DNA of 64,000 nucleotides from Octopus sinensis (taxonomy: Eukaryota), in assembly GCF_006345805.1 (NCBI RefSeq), contig NC_042998.1, positions 157,852,001 to 157,916,000 on the forward strand, read 5' to 3'. The position numbers and the translations under genes are program-made. The number at the start of each line of letters is the position of its first letter. Position 1 is the stretch's first letter. This document shows, piece by piece, positions 1-14,744 of this stretch. Below the pieces are notes generated by a model. That model was not told the origin of the DNA. It saw nothing but the letters and a program-made list of their open reading frames with translations, and searched no databases.

Positions 1-59
1 GCGGTTCGGCAAAAGAAGTACCAGGTTAATAGAAGAAGAACCAGGCTTACAAAGAATAA

Positions 60-148
60 GTTCTGTGGTCGATTTGCTCGATTAAATGCGGTGCTGCAGT
101 ATGGCCAGTGTCAAATGACTGAAACAAGTAAAAGAGTAAAAGAGTAAA
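60..148. mobile_element. SINE tail fragment
   Basis: GCGGTGCTGCAGTATGGCCAGTGTCAAATGACTGAAACAAGTAAAAGAG is the reverse complement of SINE segments at ~19620 and ~52050 (TTACTTGTTTCAGTCATTAGACTGCGGCCATGCTGG). Confidence 0.6.
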
Positions 149-629
149 TCCGAAAATCTGCAGTATTCCCATTTTTCGTAGAGGCCATTGGTGATTTAAA
201 AGGTTCTGCCAAATTGACAGATTTCATAAAATTGCAGTGCTTTTTAAAAAAAATTGTTTAATATTATTGATAACAATTAAGAATTATATGGACGTAAACT
301 CAATTTTGTTGTCCTCTCATTAACTCAGAGACAGACACAAAGAAAGGGAGATAAAAAGAGATGTTAAGGGGGCGAAATTTTATTAACACTTTTGCAAGGG
401 CTTATACTTGACAGTTGGAAAGCCGCTGCTTTGATAGTTATTCTGCATGACAGTCGATTGTCTGGTTTCTATTATATCAGCTGAACTTTATAGAAATTAT
501 GGATTGAGATGGATTTATTTATAGTTATTTTCGGAAATTCCATCTTGCTCGACCTTTATGCTGCTTCTATTCCTTGTTTGCTAGATACAAAAATAGACAC
601 ACACGTCCACGCATACATATGTATTCTTT

Positions 630-664
<35 letters not shown>

Positions 665-1144
665 GCATGCATATGTATACATAGTATATTGTACATATAT
701 ATGTGAACATATATGTGTGTGTAAGTATATATATTATATATATATATATATATACAGAGAGAGAGAGAGTACTGCTTCATGAGGACACAACTCAGATTTT
801 AATTCTTTTATACACGCACATACACACATGTGTGCATACATGTATACGTTTCTCTCTCTCTCTCGCTCGCCCGCTCGCTCTCATTCTCTAAACTCACAGA
901 GGCATAAACAAGGCACACATATACTACGTAATATCTCTGCTATAATTGCTTGAACTCCACCGGGTCATGTAATAGAGGGAGTTTAACGTGATAGTTATGC
1001 ATTTTTCCTGTTAATAACTATATTTCTAGCTACCCTCAAAGGATATTGTTTGTTTTGTAAAGCCTGGTATAAAATTCAAGTTCTCTTCTACTGAATATGA
1101 TAATATTGGTTTCAAATTTTGACACAAGGTTCGAAATTTTGGAC

Positions 1145-1285
1145 TTCAGTGCTTGACTGGTACTTATATTCTATAGCCCGAAAGGATAAACGGCAAAGTC
1201 GACCTCGGCGAAATTTGAACTCAGAACGTAAAATACCGCTAAGCATTTTGCCCGGCGTACTAACAATTCTGTCGGCTCGTTACCT
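1145..1285 (-). mobile_element. tRNA-derived SINE, family B
   Basis: Reverse complement resembles + copies at 41005-41150 and 61715-61900; B-box-like GAGTTCAAATT on minus strand. Confidence 0.6.
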
Positions 1286-1498
1286 TGAACTGAATATGAA
1301 AATATTACTACTTAGATACGCTAAAACGCAGGTATATCTGCCGACAATAAAGAAACTTCGTGTAAAGTTAAGTAATTTTTTAAGCTTCAGTATAACATGT
1401 ATGCATATATGTATGAATATATCTATGCATTCATATATTTGTACGTGAATATATATATTCACGTTTCTTCTATGTGTGTGTGTGTGTGAGTGGATATA

Positions 1499-1534
<36 letters not shown>

Positions 1535-3399
1535 TGTATGTATGGATGGATGGATGGATGGATGGATGGATGGATAGACGGATAGATGGATAGATGTATA
1601 CATGATCGCACGGATGTCTGTATTTGTATTTAGAACCAATAAGAGTACGCAATTTATTTCTCATACTGGAAAACGGTTGCAGGTGTTAATGTTATAAACT
1701 ATATAATACTAGTACTTATTCCCAAATGAGAACTTTAAATCATTACATAACAATAGAAAACTTTATAATTTATTGTGTTCAATCTAAGTTTCTCTTCACA
1801 TCAGGATCTAAAGAGCCGTTCCATTAGTATATATCAAATAGATTTTCATTTCATATTTTGATTTTCTTTATTTTCAGTATTAGTATTCAGTTTCCAATTC
1901 ATATTTAGTGTTTTATTTGTTGTCTGTACCGTCAACGTATCATAATAATAGTTTTACCAAATTTCGAAGCTATTACAGAAAAAAAAGTCCCGTCATCTTA
2001 AGAAATCAGACAATCTAAGTTGGCATTTCCTGACAAAATTAAATTAAAATAGACGATGATCGAACGGAAGAAGAAATAATCATCAAAATTGAGAACAATT
2101 GGGAATTACTTTTTAATATGAAGATTTTGTTTTGTAACTAAACTGAAAGGTACTAAAACATTTTACTCTTATTTATGCTTAATAGTTGTCATTTATCATC
2201 GTAACTCAATAAATGTTTTGGTTTGGGCTATAACTATCTTTCGCTCCATTTGAAATTTATGGCGGTAAGTGTTGATATCTTTTTTGTGTTACGTTCCCAT
2301 TAAAGTCGAATCTCCGGAAGTTTACAGAAACATCGCTACAATATGATAATTTTATGAGTCATTTTATGAAATTTAGTTCGAGACAACTAGGCGTAGTATA
2401 AAGATTATAGAAGGATATTAAGTTCACTATATGTCAACAAATTTGAACATATTTTAGACCCAGTGTAAAAGAGTTTTAGAGTTGTATGCAAAGGTGTTGA
2501 TAAAGATCACGAATTCACTGGCCATTTTACGGCAATATCGATTGTTACTGTGATAATGTCAGCATTGACGTATTGTCTGTTCCTAGCTGATTATTAGAGA
2601 TAATGCAATTTTCATTAAATATCTTCGAAGATAATTCTAGAAGTCAAAAGTTCTAAGCTGCTGTTAAAAAAAAAGGTTCTATGTAAATATAATAAAAATA
2701 TTTCAATAAATTTCAGAAGCTTAAAGAGTCATGATACAATTTACTATTTTGGAGAGGTTTAATCATGGAGAGAAGCAACTTATGTCTCTTTCCTAGGAAG
2801 CGTTTCACCTAAATAATTAGAATTCACGGAAAATACAAATTTATCTTTCCTTGTCAAATAATCCTTAATTTTATTTTTATAATGAAACATGTTTCACTCT
2901 TGATGAGTTTGAATCATTGCTAAACAAGAATATGGTTGCTAAATGTTAATATAAGCGTAGGTGTGCTTGTGTTTTTAAGAAGTTTTTTCTGCAACCAAGT
3001 CATGCCAAGTTCGATCTCATTTCGCGGTAAATTAGACAAATATTTTCTATTCTACTAAAGCCAATTTAAAAATTGTACAGAAATGCTGTCATACGTGTGT
3101 TTGTGTGTGCCAGTGTTTATCCGTATCTGTAAATGTTTGTTGGAATCATCACATTTTTTCGGACACCTGTGGAGTAGTGATTACAAACACTTAGTGATAA
3201 ACATATTTTTAGAGTAAAACAATTCAGACGTGCAAAATATTCATGTTGCGATTGCTTCCCTGAGCGCATTTGTTAAGTAGTATTTTGGAAAAATTTTATT
3301 AAAATCATGTGACAATATTTATTGGACAGATTACCGATCAGGTTCAGTAGTCCACACACTCACCTTTCTTTCTGAATGTTGTACTATTCGTTCGTTTAA

Positions 3400-4250
3400 C
3401 GAACAACCATGTTCATTATCATATCTCTTTGTTTTCAGTTATATTTTACATCCAAAAATCCGTTTCTATTATTCTACCTCACTTGTCACTTCTAGTCCTT
3501 CATACACCAGCTGTGTCAACATTTCTCATATATTTTCAGTTATGTTCAAATCTGAATTTCTCGACGGCCATTCCTTATTTTCATGTCTTTCATTCATTCC
3601 TTGAATGTTTTTGACAAGTGAATGCTGCAGTTATCTTGTTAGAGGATTCAATTATCTCCCGTTTCATCTCTAATACAGGCAAGACTTTTGTCTTGGATAT
3701 GACTTATGCTACTCTGCCTTCCTTTCAGTCACTCTGTTCAAAAATATCCACTGCTCCATACCATTACTCCACCTCCGCCTATCTGCCTTTTGTTCAGCTG
3801 CCTTTTGTTTAGTGTCTCTGATTCACCTCTCCTTGCCTTAGAACACCAGTCCTCGTGTCCATCGAACTTAAATCACTTCTTGGTAAAATTACTTTGATAA
3901 AATCCAACAAAAGTAGTTAATCATAATTTTGCACATTTCAACCTTGCCTTCTTATGTTTTTTGCTGAAATGAATTTTTCTTTTGGCATTTCCATACTGAT
4001 ATCTAGTTTTTTTTTCAATGTTCTTTCAACTGTTCGAATATTTACATCCATTTCACATTTCTCCTTCACCTTCTGTGTCATTACCTTTTCTCCAGCTGCC
4101 AATAGAAAGAACAAAGTCATCTTCATTCGCCTTTGTATTCTCTTCCCGAGCGGCTGTTTTTCTCTTTTCTTCTTCCAGTTATAAACATTTTAAAAATATA
4201 TTCCACTGTAGACTACGAAATCTTCAAAACAACAACTTCCTTCGAATAAA
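3400..4250 (-). pseudogene. Decayed Tc1/Tc3-like transposase
   Basis: Manual minus-strand translation: VNIRTVERTL, KVIFT..FKFDG, RQIGGGGVMVW, QDNCSIH, EWPSRNSDLNITEN; many stops and frameshifts; no TIRs resolved. Confidence 0.7.
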
Positions 4251-4779
4251 GAAATTATTTCCTTCGAATGACTTTCATCTGAAAGGTTTTTCTCAAGTAA
4301 AGCAAGGTTTCCTGGAAGATAATACGTATTGGATTACTGCATGCTGCCCTTGCACTAGAAAATTTAAATAAATTTGAAGAGATTGACTGAAGTGAAGCTA
4401 AAAGAAGTATTGTTATGTCCGGAAAATAATGTCGCGTAATGTAAATCAAAATACGCAAAAACTGCTTGCAGTACAGAAAAGACTGAAACAAGCATCTTAC
4501 TTTCAGTCAGTTTAAAGTTCACAAGTACGTGCTTAGCTACTCTAAGTAGCTTCACGAAATAAACTTTCTAGAAGTACGATCTCTCAGGTTTCTGGAAACA
4601 TTTGTCGACTCCTTGCATACTTACTGATGGCAGTGCCTCAGTATGACCGAAATCAAGAATCCAATTATTAAAACCAACAAGAACTACAGAATGAACAATA
4701 TATATATATACGCATACACCAATGAATGATGTCACCAATACATAAACGCTAATTTACACACACACACACTAGCGAACTG

Positions 4780-4884
4780 TTGTTGCTTCTAGCAAACAGA
4801 CACGCAAATACACAAACACACACATATTGAACTCGCAACCATGTAGTTGTGAAGCAAGCTTCTTACCACACAGCCAATCCGGCG

Positions 4885-4888
<4 letters not shown>
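4780..4888 (-). mobile_element. tRNA-derived SINE head, family A
   Basis: GAACTCGCAACCATGTAGTTGTGAAGCAAGCTTCTTACCACACAGCCA also at 20000-20050 and 58750-58795. Confidence 0.65.
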
Positions 4889-4919
<31 letters not shown>

Positions 4920-5100
4920 TAAGCAATAAGGGTTTAGCAACGAGTTGCCTTACCACATACCGAATTTAGAAATAGCAGTCAAAGGGTTATAGCTATTTCT
5001 TCTACTAAAAAGGGAGATCTCAGTAAAAACAGCATTTGGAAGGCACAAACAGGTAAGAGAGAATGAATTGACTGCAATCTATCATACATTTTTTTAGTTA

Positions 5101-5214
5101 TCCACGGACGTACGTTTCGAAATCAAGTCTTAAGGAAAGCATACGAATTAAATATTAAATATTAAATAATAAATAATTCTATCTTACCGAAACTTCTTTT
5201 CTCTTCAGCGTAGA
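5101..5214 (-). ncRNA. Type I hammerhead ribozyme (602-bp unit, minus-strand copy; second at 5702-5815)
   Basis: Reverse complement of the motif described at 6375-6487. Confidence 0.82.
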
Positions 5215-6374
5215 ATACTATAATCATAAATGATTATATATTGAATTTTGAGATACCAGAAGGCACCAACTCCACTCAGTATCAGAGCGAGCTAGAACCC
5301 GCAACTGGTATCCCCGAATTCAATTTGTGAATGAAACGATTGTGTCAACAGCCCCTTCCCACCCGCGTGTAGCCAAAACAAGATGCTGTGGTCATCTACT
5401 GAGATAAAATATGGTTATCCGTAATAATGAAGGGTGAAATTAATTAATTTGGAGAAATTATCAATTACACCAAGTAGTCTTCGGCATGTAAAAGCCTCAT
5501 TCGAGGAAATTTAAGTAATACTAAGCAATAAGGGTTTAGCAACGAGTTGCCTTACCACATACCGAATTTAGAAATAGCAGTCAAAGGGTTATAGCTATTT
5601 CTTCTACTAAAAAGGGAGATCTCAGTAAAAACAGCATTTGGAAGGCACAAACAGGTAAGAGAGAATGAATTGACTGCAATCTATCATACATTTTTTAGTT
5701 ATCCACGGACGTACGTTTCGAAATCAAGTCTTAAGGAAAGCATACGAATTAAATATTAAATATTAAATAATAAATAATTCTATCTTACCGAAACTTCTTT
5801 TCTCTTCAGCGTAGAATACTATAATCATAAATGATTAATTCGTATGCTTTCCTTAAGACTTGATTTCGAAACGTACGTCCGTGGATAACTAAAAAAATGT
5901 ATGATAGATTGCAGTCAATTCATTCTCTCTTACCTGTTTGTGCCTTCCAAATGCTGTTTTTACTGAGATCTCCCTTTTTAGTAGAAGAAATAGCTATAAC
6001 CCTTTGACTGCTATTTCTAAATTCGGTATGTGGTAAGGCAACTCGTTGCTAAACCCTTATTGCTTAGTATTACTTAAATTTTCCTCGAATGAGGCTTTTA
6101 CATGCCGAAGACTACTTGGTGTAATTGATAATTTCTCCAAATTAATTAATTTCACCCTTCATTATTACGGATAACCATATTTTATCTCAGTAGATGACCA
6201 CAGCATCTTGTTTTGGCTACACGCGGGTGGGAAGGGGCTGTTGACACAATCGTTTCATTCACAAATTGAATTCGGGGATACCAGTTGCGGGTTCTAGCTC
6301 GCTCTGATACTGAGTGGAGTTGGTGCCTTCTGGTATCTCAAAATTCAATATATAATCATTTATGATTATAGTAT

Positions 6375-6487
6375 TCTACGCTGAAGAGAAAAGAAGTTTC
6401 GGTAAGATAGAATTATTTATTATTTAATATTTAATATTTATTCGTATGCTTTCCTTAAGACTTGATTTCGAAACGTACGTCCGTGGA
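6375..6487 (+). ncRNA. Type I hammerhead ribozyme (602-bp unit; further copies ~6975-7087 and ~7575-7687)
   Basis: Stem I TCTACG/CGTGGA; CTGAAGA 6381-6387; stem II GAAA..TTTC closing an 82-nt extended hairpin; GAAA 6470-6473; palindromic stem III ACGTACGT; GTC cleavage after 6481. Confidence 0.85.
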
Positions 6488-7977
6488 TAACTAAAAAATG
6501 TATGATAGATTGCAGTCAATTCATTCTCTCTTACCTGTTTGTGCCTTCCAAATGCTGTTTTTACTGAGATCTCCCTTTTTAGTAGAAGAAATAGCTATAA
6601 CCCTTTGACTGCTATTTCTAAATTCGGTATGTGGTAAGGCAACTCGTTGCTAACCCTTATTGCTTAGTATTACTTAAATTTTCCTCGAATGAGGCTTTTA
6701 CATGCCGAAGACTACTTGGTGTAATTGATAATTTCTCCAAATTAATTAATTTCACCCTTCATTATTACGGATAACCATATTTTATCTCAGTAGATGACCA
6801 CAGCATCTTGTTTTGGCTACACGCGGGTGGGAAGGGGCTGTTGACACAATCGTTTCATTCACAAATTGAATTCGGGGATACCAGTTGCGGGTTCTAGCTC
6901 GCTCTGATACTGAGTGGAGTTGGTGCCTTCTGGTATCTCAAAATTCAATATATAATCATTTATGATTATAGTATTCTACGCTGAAGAGAAAAGAAGTTTC
7001 GGTAAGATAGAATTATTTATTATTTATATTTAATATTTAATTCGTATGCTTTCCTTAAGACTTGATTTCGAAACGTACGTCCGTGGATAACTAAAAAAAT
7101 GTATGATAGATTGCAGTCAATTCATTCTCTCTTACCTGTTTGTGCCTTCCAAATGCTGTTTTTACTGAGATCTCCCTTTTTAGTAGAAGAAATAGCTATA
7201 ACCCTTTGACTGCTATTTCTAAATTCGGTATGTGGTAAGGCAACTCGTTGCTAAACCCTTATTGCTTAGTATTACTTAATTTTCCTCTCGAATGAGGCTT
7301 TTACATGCCGAAGACTACTTGGTGTAATTGATATTTCTCCAAATTAATTAATTTCACCCTTCATTATACGGATAACCATATTTTATCTCAGTAGATGACC
7401 ACAGCATCTTGTTTTGGCTACACGCGGGTGGGAAGGGGCTGTTGACACAATCGTTTCATTCACAAAATGAATTCGGGGATACCAGTTGCGGGTTCTAGCT
7501 CGCTCTGATACTGAGTGGAGTTGGTGCCTTCTGGTATCTCAAAATTCAATATATATCATTATGATTATAGTATTCTATACGCTGAAGAGAAAAGAAGTTT
7601 CGGTAAGATAGAATTATTTATTATTTAATATTTAATATTTAATTCGTATGCTTTCCTTAAGACTTGATTTCGAAACGTACGTCCGTGGATAACTAAAAAA
7701 TGTATGATAGATTGCAGTCAATTCATTCTCTCTTACCTGTTTGTGCCTTCCAAATGCTGTTTTTACTGAGATCTCCCTTTTTAGTAGAAGAAATAGCTAT
7801 AACCTTTTGACTGCTATTTCTAATTCGGTATGTGGTAAGGCAACTCGTTGCTAAACCCTTATTGCTTAGTATTACTTAAATTTTCCTCGAATGAGGCTTT
7901 TACATGCCGAAGACTACTTGGTGTAATTGATAATTTCTCCAAATTAATTAATTTCACCCTTCATTATTACGGATAAC

Positions 7978-8093
<116 letters not shown>

Positions 8094-8134
8094 TGTGTGT
8101 GTAGGGAGAGAGAGAGAAGAGAGAAGAGAGAGAG

Positions 8135-8240
8135 AGAAATCCCCAAAAGTGTCGGTAAAGTGCGACTCGTAAACAAACTCGGGATTAATAATGTATATAC
8201 ATATATACACGCATATACAACGAAAATGTAGAGATACAGA
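8135..8240. repeat. Short dispersed repeat after (GA)n; second copy ~20195-20330
   Basis: AAAAGTGTCGGTAAAGTGCGAC(T/C)CGTAAA shared by both loci. Confidence 0.7.
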
Positions 8241-8734
8241 CATTGTTAGACTATCATAAGCTTCAAATATCGGTGAAGATATTTAGAGCTGATGAGAACC
8301 ACAAATATTTACTTTTACTTGTGCAACTATTAAATTGTTATGAAGCAATATAAAGGCTGACCTCCGCGAATATTAAAATATAGAACCTAGAGGAGCACAA
8401 GTTAACACCGCAACATATTGAATCCGATGCTCTACCGAGCCACTTAATACGATTCTTCTTTATTGCTTAGAGTGCTGTCACAAAATAATCTGAGTGTATT
8501 TTAGTAACTATTATCATCTATGCATTTTAGTAACCATGTTAACTCAAAAGTTTAGCTTCATGTTGTTTTATATCAAGCCATTTGGATTTCACTGATTTCT
8601 ATTGTATATTGATGTTACATTATGGAATAATTTTATTGGTTTCTTTAATAAAATACTGTACACACACGCACGCATACACACAGAGACAAACCCTCACACA
8701 CAAACTAACACACACACAAACACACAACACACCA

Positions 8735-8787
<53 letters not shown>

Positions 8788-8792
8788 ACACA

Positions 8793-8823
<31 letters not shown>

Positions 8824-9715
8824 AGAGCAAAAATCTTACGGTCCTTTCTCACTCACCAAATGAAATCCGGATGAAGATTGTGTTATATGACTGCTATTTT
8901 CAAAATAAGCAGGTGCAATTTAACTCATGTTCCCAGTTTAGTTTTCTCCATTGCACAGATTTTAGAATTTAAAATATTTATAATAGAACGATTATGAAAA
9001 ATCGTTGCAAGGGGACTTTTTCTACGCTTTGGTGTCAAACACGCACATATGTCTCATCTCCTTTTCACAGAAACTCAATCTGTTGCGTCCGCGGTATATT
9101 ACAATTGGCTTCACTTTTGCTATCTCAATCTGCTATCTTCAACATGCAGATATGGCTTATGGCTTTCAATGTTGTTCTCTCAGTCCAAACACAAACTGAC
9201 AATTTCAGCGAGATGTATTTGACTTATATTTTGTTTTGAGAATATACTATCCTTTCACTGCCCCTGTGCATAAATACATACACACACTCTCTCTCTCTCA
9301 CACCGCGCTCTCTCTCCTTCTCTTTCTCTGTCTGTCTGTCTGTCTCTCTTTCACACACACATTCTCAAGTCCTTTATATGGAACTACCGTGTGTCTCGTG
9401 AGTCCTGGGCCTTGAATATTCCTCTGAAGAGCACAGATGAAAAGAAGGTTAGTTGTTTTATAGAAACTACCAATTAACCATATAGGCTAGCTTCTTTTAC
9501 TAAGAATGAATATCATCCAATAGGAAGGCTCGATACAGTGTTGCTTCTATGGACTCAACTAGTTATTCCAGTCAACTCCCTAACTATTTCGTCCAGTTTG
9601 GGACTGGAAAATGCATGAAACGGATAAATGTCAAAATTTACCTCGACTGGATTGGCACACACGTGCGTGCACACAGACACATATGCGTGCATAGCATATG
9701 TGTATGTCTTTGCAT

Positions 9716-9781
<66 letters not shown>

Positions 9782-10594
9782 GTATGTATGGATGTATGTA
9801 TTTGTATGTATGTATGTGTGTGTATAGATATCTATAGATTGATTGAAAGATTCATATTCGCAATCGCATTGCAATAGGAGGTGCTATTTGGGTCCATGCA
9901 TTTGATTGGTATATGTTGATTGAATACTTTATTATTTAAATAGAATAGATTTCCTAAAGCTGAATCGCATAAAAAGAATAATAACCTCTATAATCTTTAT
10001 TCCATGGCCATATCTAGTCTACCATATCTATGGATGACCATATTTATTTTACCAAGCCATATTACTAAAGAGCAATTCAGAAAAAAATCGATCTATATCT
10101 ACAGAACGCTTAAGTTGTATAAATTTTTACAAGACGATAGTCTTGCCACATCGCTGAGAATAACCTACATTTCTGCATAAGTGACAATATCATCTCGTGT
10201 TAATGTATTATTCTTTCTTTTATTCCAATCGTAAAAGATTTCGCACATTTAATCCCTCTCCTAACAACATTGTCTTTTACTATTATTAACAATTGAAAAT
10301 CCATCATAGCTAAAGCTGAATTAATGTGTGTGACCGTTTGCATTGTCATTGTTTTGGTTGCCATTTTAACTCACTTGACTCATTTTCTTCTTTATTTTTT
10401 TATTCTAAATCAACTGATAATAATATTTTTTCTGTAAACGACTATTTTATCAAATATAACAAAATTTCCCTTTACATTCATAGTACCTTGGGAATATATA
10501 TATATATATATATAATATATATATATATTAATATATATATATATATGTGTGTGTGGTGTGTGTGTGTGTGTCTGTGTATAGATAGATAGATAGT

Positions 10595-11060
10595 TGGAAC
10601 AAAAACGCAATAGAAGGCATTAAAACATTCGGACAGATAGACGATACAAAGGCGGACAAGGAAAACAACAATTAGAAGGACAGGCAAAAAAGGCGGGTCA
10701 TTCGTGGTTTTCTTTCCTCAGTCAAGTGCCAGACGCCACGAGCATTTCGGGCAGTTAGACTTGAGATGGTTCGATCTGGTTGCCCCCACCAAAAACGTGT
10801 AAGCTAAGAGCATTAGACCCTTCTGTAAGAAAGCTAGCGAATGTGTATGGTACACAATTACAAATACAAACAACATGAAATAACGACAGGCGTCTTTCGA
10901 CTGTGAACGAATCAAACTTAGCTGGCATGTATGAAGTGAAAGCCTAAAGGCAGGAACATTAGAGATGGACACAAGAGGTGTTACGCTCGGCAGTCAGGCC
11001 AAGAAAGAAAGATAATGGCTGGCCGGGCAGCGGTCTCGTGGAAGGAGGAGAGATGGGTAA
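10595..11060. repeat. Dispersed repeat; diverged direct copy at ~14935-15430
   Basis: TGGAACAAAAACGCAATAG..CATTAAAACATTCGGACAGATAGACGATA..GAGCATTTCGGGCAGTTAGACTTGAGATGGTTCGATCTGGTTG in both. Confidence 0.8.
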
Positions 11061-11352
11061 GGGACAGCGGGATTGAAGGATTAGAGTGGGTAATAGTGGG
11101 AGTTAAAGAGAGAGCCAAGAAATGTGAGAGATTGGGAGCGAGATAAAGGAAGAAAAAAGAGAGGGGGAATAAAAGATAGAGTAATAGTCGTACAATATTT
11201 AGATACATGCCTACTATATAGTGAGCACAAGGGTATACCTACGCCGCTATATATATATATATATATGTAGGTCCCGGGTTGATTCGGGGTTAACCACAGT
11301 AAATAAGGTACTCAATAAATAGCAGAGTAAAATTAATTTATTATATAGAAGG

Positions 11353-11403
11353 AGCTTCTACAGGACTAGAACTGTTTCATTCAAGAGAAATCTTCAGGAA
11401 GCT
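11353..11403 (-). ncRNA. Type I hammerhead ribozyme, left arm
   Basis: Reverse complement of 14745-14795. Confidence 0.7.
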
Positions 11404-11919
11404 AGTTAACAAGAATTGTATTGGCATTTATACATTTAGGCAGGTTTAACGGGGTGTTGGTGGGGGACTTTTTTGGGGGTAGGCATAGCACAAAATATCA
11501 TACTTGGGGGAGTGGTCAAGGAGTCAGTGTTAAATTAGATAGAAGAATAAATAAAAAAAATAAATAAAAAAATAAAAAATAAAAAGATAAAATAAAAAAA
11601 CCTATATATAAAAAAAAAACAAAAAAACCTATATATAAAAAAAGGGGGGATAGAGTTTTAGGTAAATAAGGAGATTCTCACTTATACCTATGCACACATG
11701 TATACATACATACACACACATGCAAACATATATACACATACATACACACATACATACACACACATATATATACATATATATACATATACGTTTCTTTACT
11801 ACCCACAAGGGGCTAAACATAGAGGGGACAAACAAGGACAGACACATATATATACATATATATATACATATATATGGTCCTTTTACATACTGAATACTTG
11901 GTGAAATTGATTAATAACT

Positions 11920-12024
11920 AATTGACTTTACCCTCAATTGTTGATATATGTATATGTGTGTGTATATATATGTGGGTGTATGTTATATGGACTTGTATGT
12001 ATTGTGTGTGTATGTATGTATGTA

Positions 12025-12115
<91 letters not shown>

Positions 12116-12330
12116 GCATATATATGTATGTATATGTATATGTATGTGTGTGTATATGTATATATGTGTATATATATGAGTGTACGCGAGTATGTCGATG
12201 TATATGTAGGTATGTAGAGTTATGTGTATGTGCAGGTATGTGAGTGTAGATACAAATTGTAGATGTGTATATATGTGTGTGTGTGTATATATACACGTAT
12301 ATGGGTATATGTATGTGTGTGTATATGTAG

Positions 12331-12365
<35 letters not shown>

Positions 12366-12457
12366 TGTATATGCGAGTATGTAGAGATATAAGTATGTGC
12401 ATGTGTATATGTATATGTGTGTATATATATGTATGGGTATGTGTATGTGTATGTATG

Positions 12458-12490
<33 letters not shown>

Positions 12491-12833
12491 GTATGCATAT
12501 ACGTATGTATGTATGTATGTATATGTGTATGTATATATGTGTGTAAGTGTGTGTATATATGTAAATGTAAGTGTGTCTGCTTGTATGAGAATGTATGTAT
12601 GTTTGCACACATGTATATATGTGTGTGTATGTGTATATGTATATGTATATGTGTATATGTGTGTGTATATGTATGTATATGTGTATGTATGTGTGTATGT
12701 ATGTGTGTGTGTGTGTATATATATGTGTATGTATGTGTGTGTATATATATATATGTATATATATATATGTGTATATGTATATGTATATATATATATATAT
12801 AAATATATATATATGTGTATGTGTATGTATATG

Positions 12834-12868
<35 letters not shown>

Positions 12869-13127
12869 ATACATGTGTGTATGTGTAAGTATGTATGTAT
12901 ATATATGCGTGTGTATGTGTATGTGTATATGTACATATGCGCGTACGCTCGTGTGTTTATGCATATGTAGGTACGTAGAGTTATCTATGTGTGTATTTAT
13001 ATGTACATGTGTGTAAGTATGTATATATATGTATATATGTATGTGTATGTGTGTGTGTGTATATATGTAGATGTATATGTATGTATATATGTATGTGTAT
13101 GTGTATGTGTATATATATATATGTATG

Positions 13128-13172
<45 letters not shown>

Positions 13173-13599
13173 AAGTTTATATGTATGTATCCGTCTATAT
13201 AATAGGTAACTGCACGTACATATACTTAATATTTATTATTTATTCTTTGAGTATGCATGTACGAATAACTGCGCGTATATATATTTTACTATTTACTTAT
13301 TTTTGAGTATGCATGTAAGTATGAATATAAGGAGGCGGTGTTGTGTATGTGTGCATGTATATGTATACGCATGTACTTATTATAATCGCTGTTGTGTGTA
13401 TGTGCATGTCATATTGTATATTTTACGTAGTTGTGCGGTTATAGTAGTGTATTGTATGTGTGTGTAGAGTGTCGTGTGTGTGTGTGTATGGTGTATATGT
13501 GTGTATGTGCGTGTGTGTATATTGTAGTATAGTGTGTGTATGCGTTATGTATAGATATATTATATATAGTGTATATATATGTATAGTGTATATTATATA

Positions 13600-13644
<45 letters not shown>

Positions 13645-14460
13645 ATATATATATATCTATATATATATATGTGTGTATTTGTATGTATGTATATGTATGT
13701 GTGTGTATTTATATTTATTGGTGTATATATATTGACTAGCCTTCTAAGAGTGTAGACATAAATCTGTAGGTACGCGTACGGATGTGTATATACGTGAATG
13801 TATGTAGATGGATGTATGTATGAATATAACGCGTGCGTGCGTGTATGTGTATGAGTGTACGAATGAGTGAGAGTACGTGCTAAAGAGTGTGCGTGAGTGA
13901 ATGAGTGCTTGTTTTCCAGTAGACAGATGAATGGACTGGCTGTCATAGCCAAGATGCTTGTGAACAAGCGGCCAAGATAACAAAAGTAATAAACGAAGAT
14001 AATAAAATTAAAATTAGGGAATGGGTCTGTATTAGTATGTGTATATATATGTGTGTATGTGTAGGTTTGCATAGGTACACATATGTATATGTATACATGT
14101 ATGTATATGTATGTATAGTGTGTTATATGGTGTTGATGTGTATATATGTGTATATAGGGACTAGTGTGCTGTGTGTGCATGTGTGTGTGTGGATATGTGT
14201 GTGTATGCGTGTATGTGAGTATGTGTGTGTATGTGTATATATATTTTTCTGTGCGTATATGTATGTGAGGTCGTGTGTGTATATATACATGTGTGTATAC
14301 GTGTATGCATGTGAGTGTGTGTGTGTATACTATATGTGTATGTGTAGATATGTATATGCATGTGTATGTGTAAGTGTATATATATGTATATATGTGTGTG
14401 TATGTATGGTGTATGTATGTGTATATATGTTGCATGTGTGTGTATGTATGTATACATGTG
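11920..14460. repeat. Long degenerate (TA/TG/TATG)n compound microsatellite with unique islands
   Basis: Direct inspection; source of the long YI/CV/HT-repeat ORFs. Confidence 0.95.
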
Positions 14461-14744
14461 TGCATAGTATAAGTGAGAATCTCCTTATTTACCTAAAACT
14501 ATCCCCCTTTTTTATATATAGGTTTTTTTTTTTTTTTATATTATAGGTTTTTTTTTTATTTTTTTTTTTTATTTTTTTTTTTTTTTTTTTTTTTTTTTTA
14601 TTCTTCTATCTAATTTAACACTGACTCCTTGACCACTCCCCCAAGTATGATATTTTGTGCTATGCCTACCCCCAAAAAAGTCCCCCACCAACACCCCGTT
14701 AAACCTGCCTAAATGTATAAATGCCAATACAATTCTTGTTAACT

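Larger units (their letters stand above)
4919..7977. repeat. ~602-bp tandem array with internal inversion, embedded in (TA)n
   Basis: ~1.5 units 4919-5836 (CTAAGCAATAAG at 4919 and 5521), then ~3.55 reverse-complement units 5837-7977; copies differ mostly by 1-nt indels; (TA)n on both flanks. Confidence 0.97.

Noticed and set aside
2300-2640. Possible hAT transposase remnant (LGTDNTSM, minus strand)
   Set aside because: Single short motif among many stops.
4919-7977. CRISPR array or classical satellite interpretation of the tandem arrays
   Set aside because: No repeat-spacer alternation or cas genes; short inverted arrays inside (TA)n are unlike long satellites.
11918-14546. Long ORFs up to 348 aa (YI/HT/CV repeats) and similar ORFs throughout
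   Set aside because: Stop-free translations of dinucleotide and tetranucleotide microsatellites.
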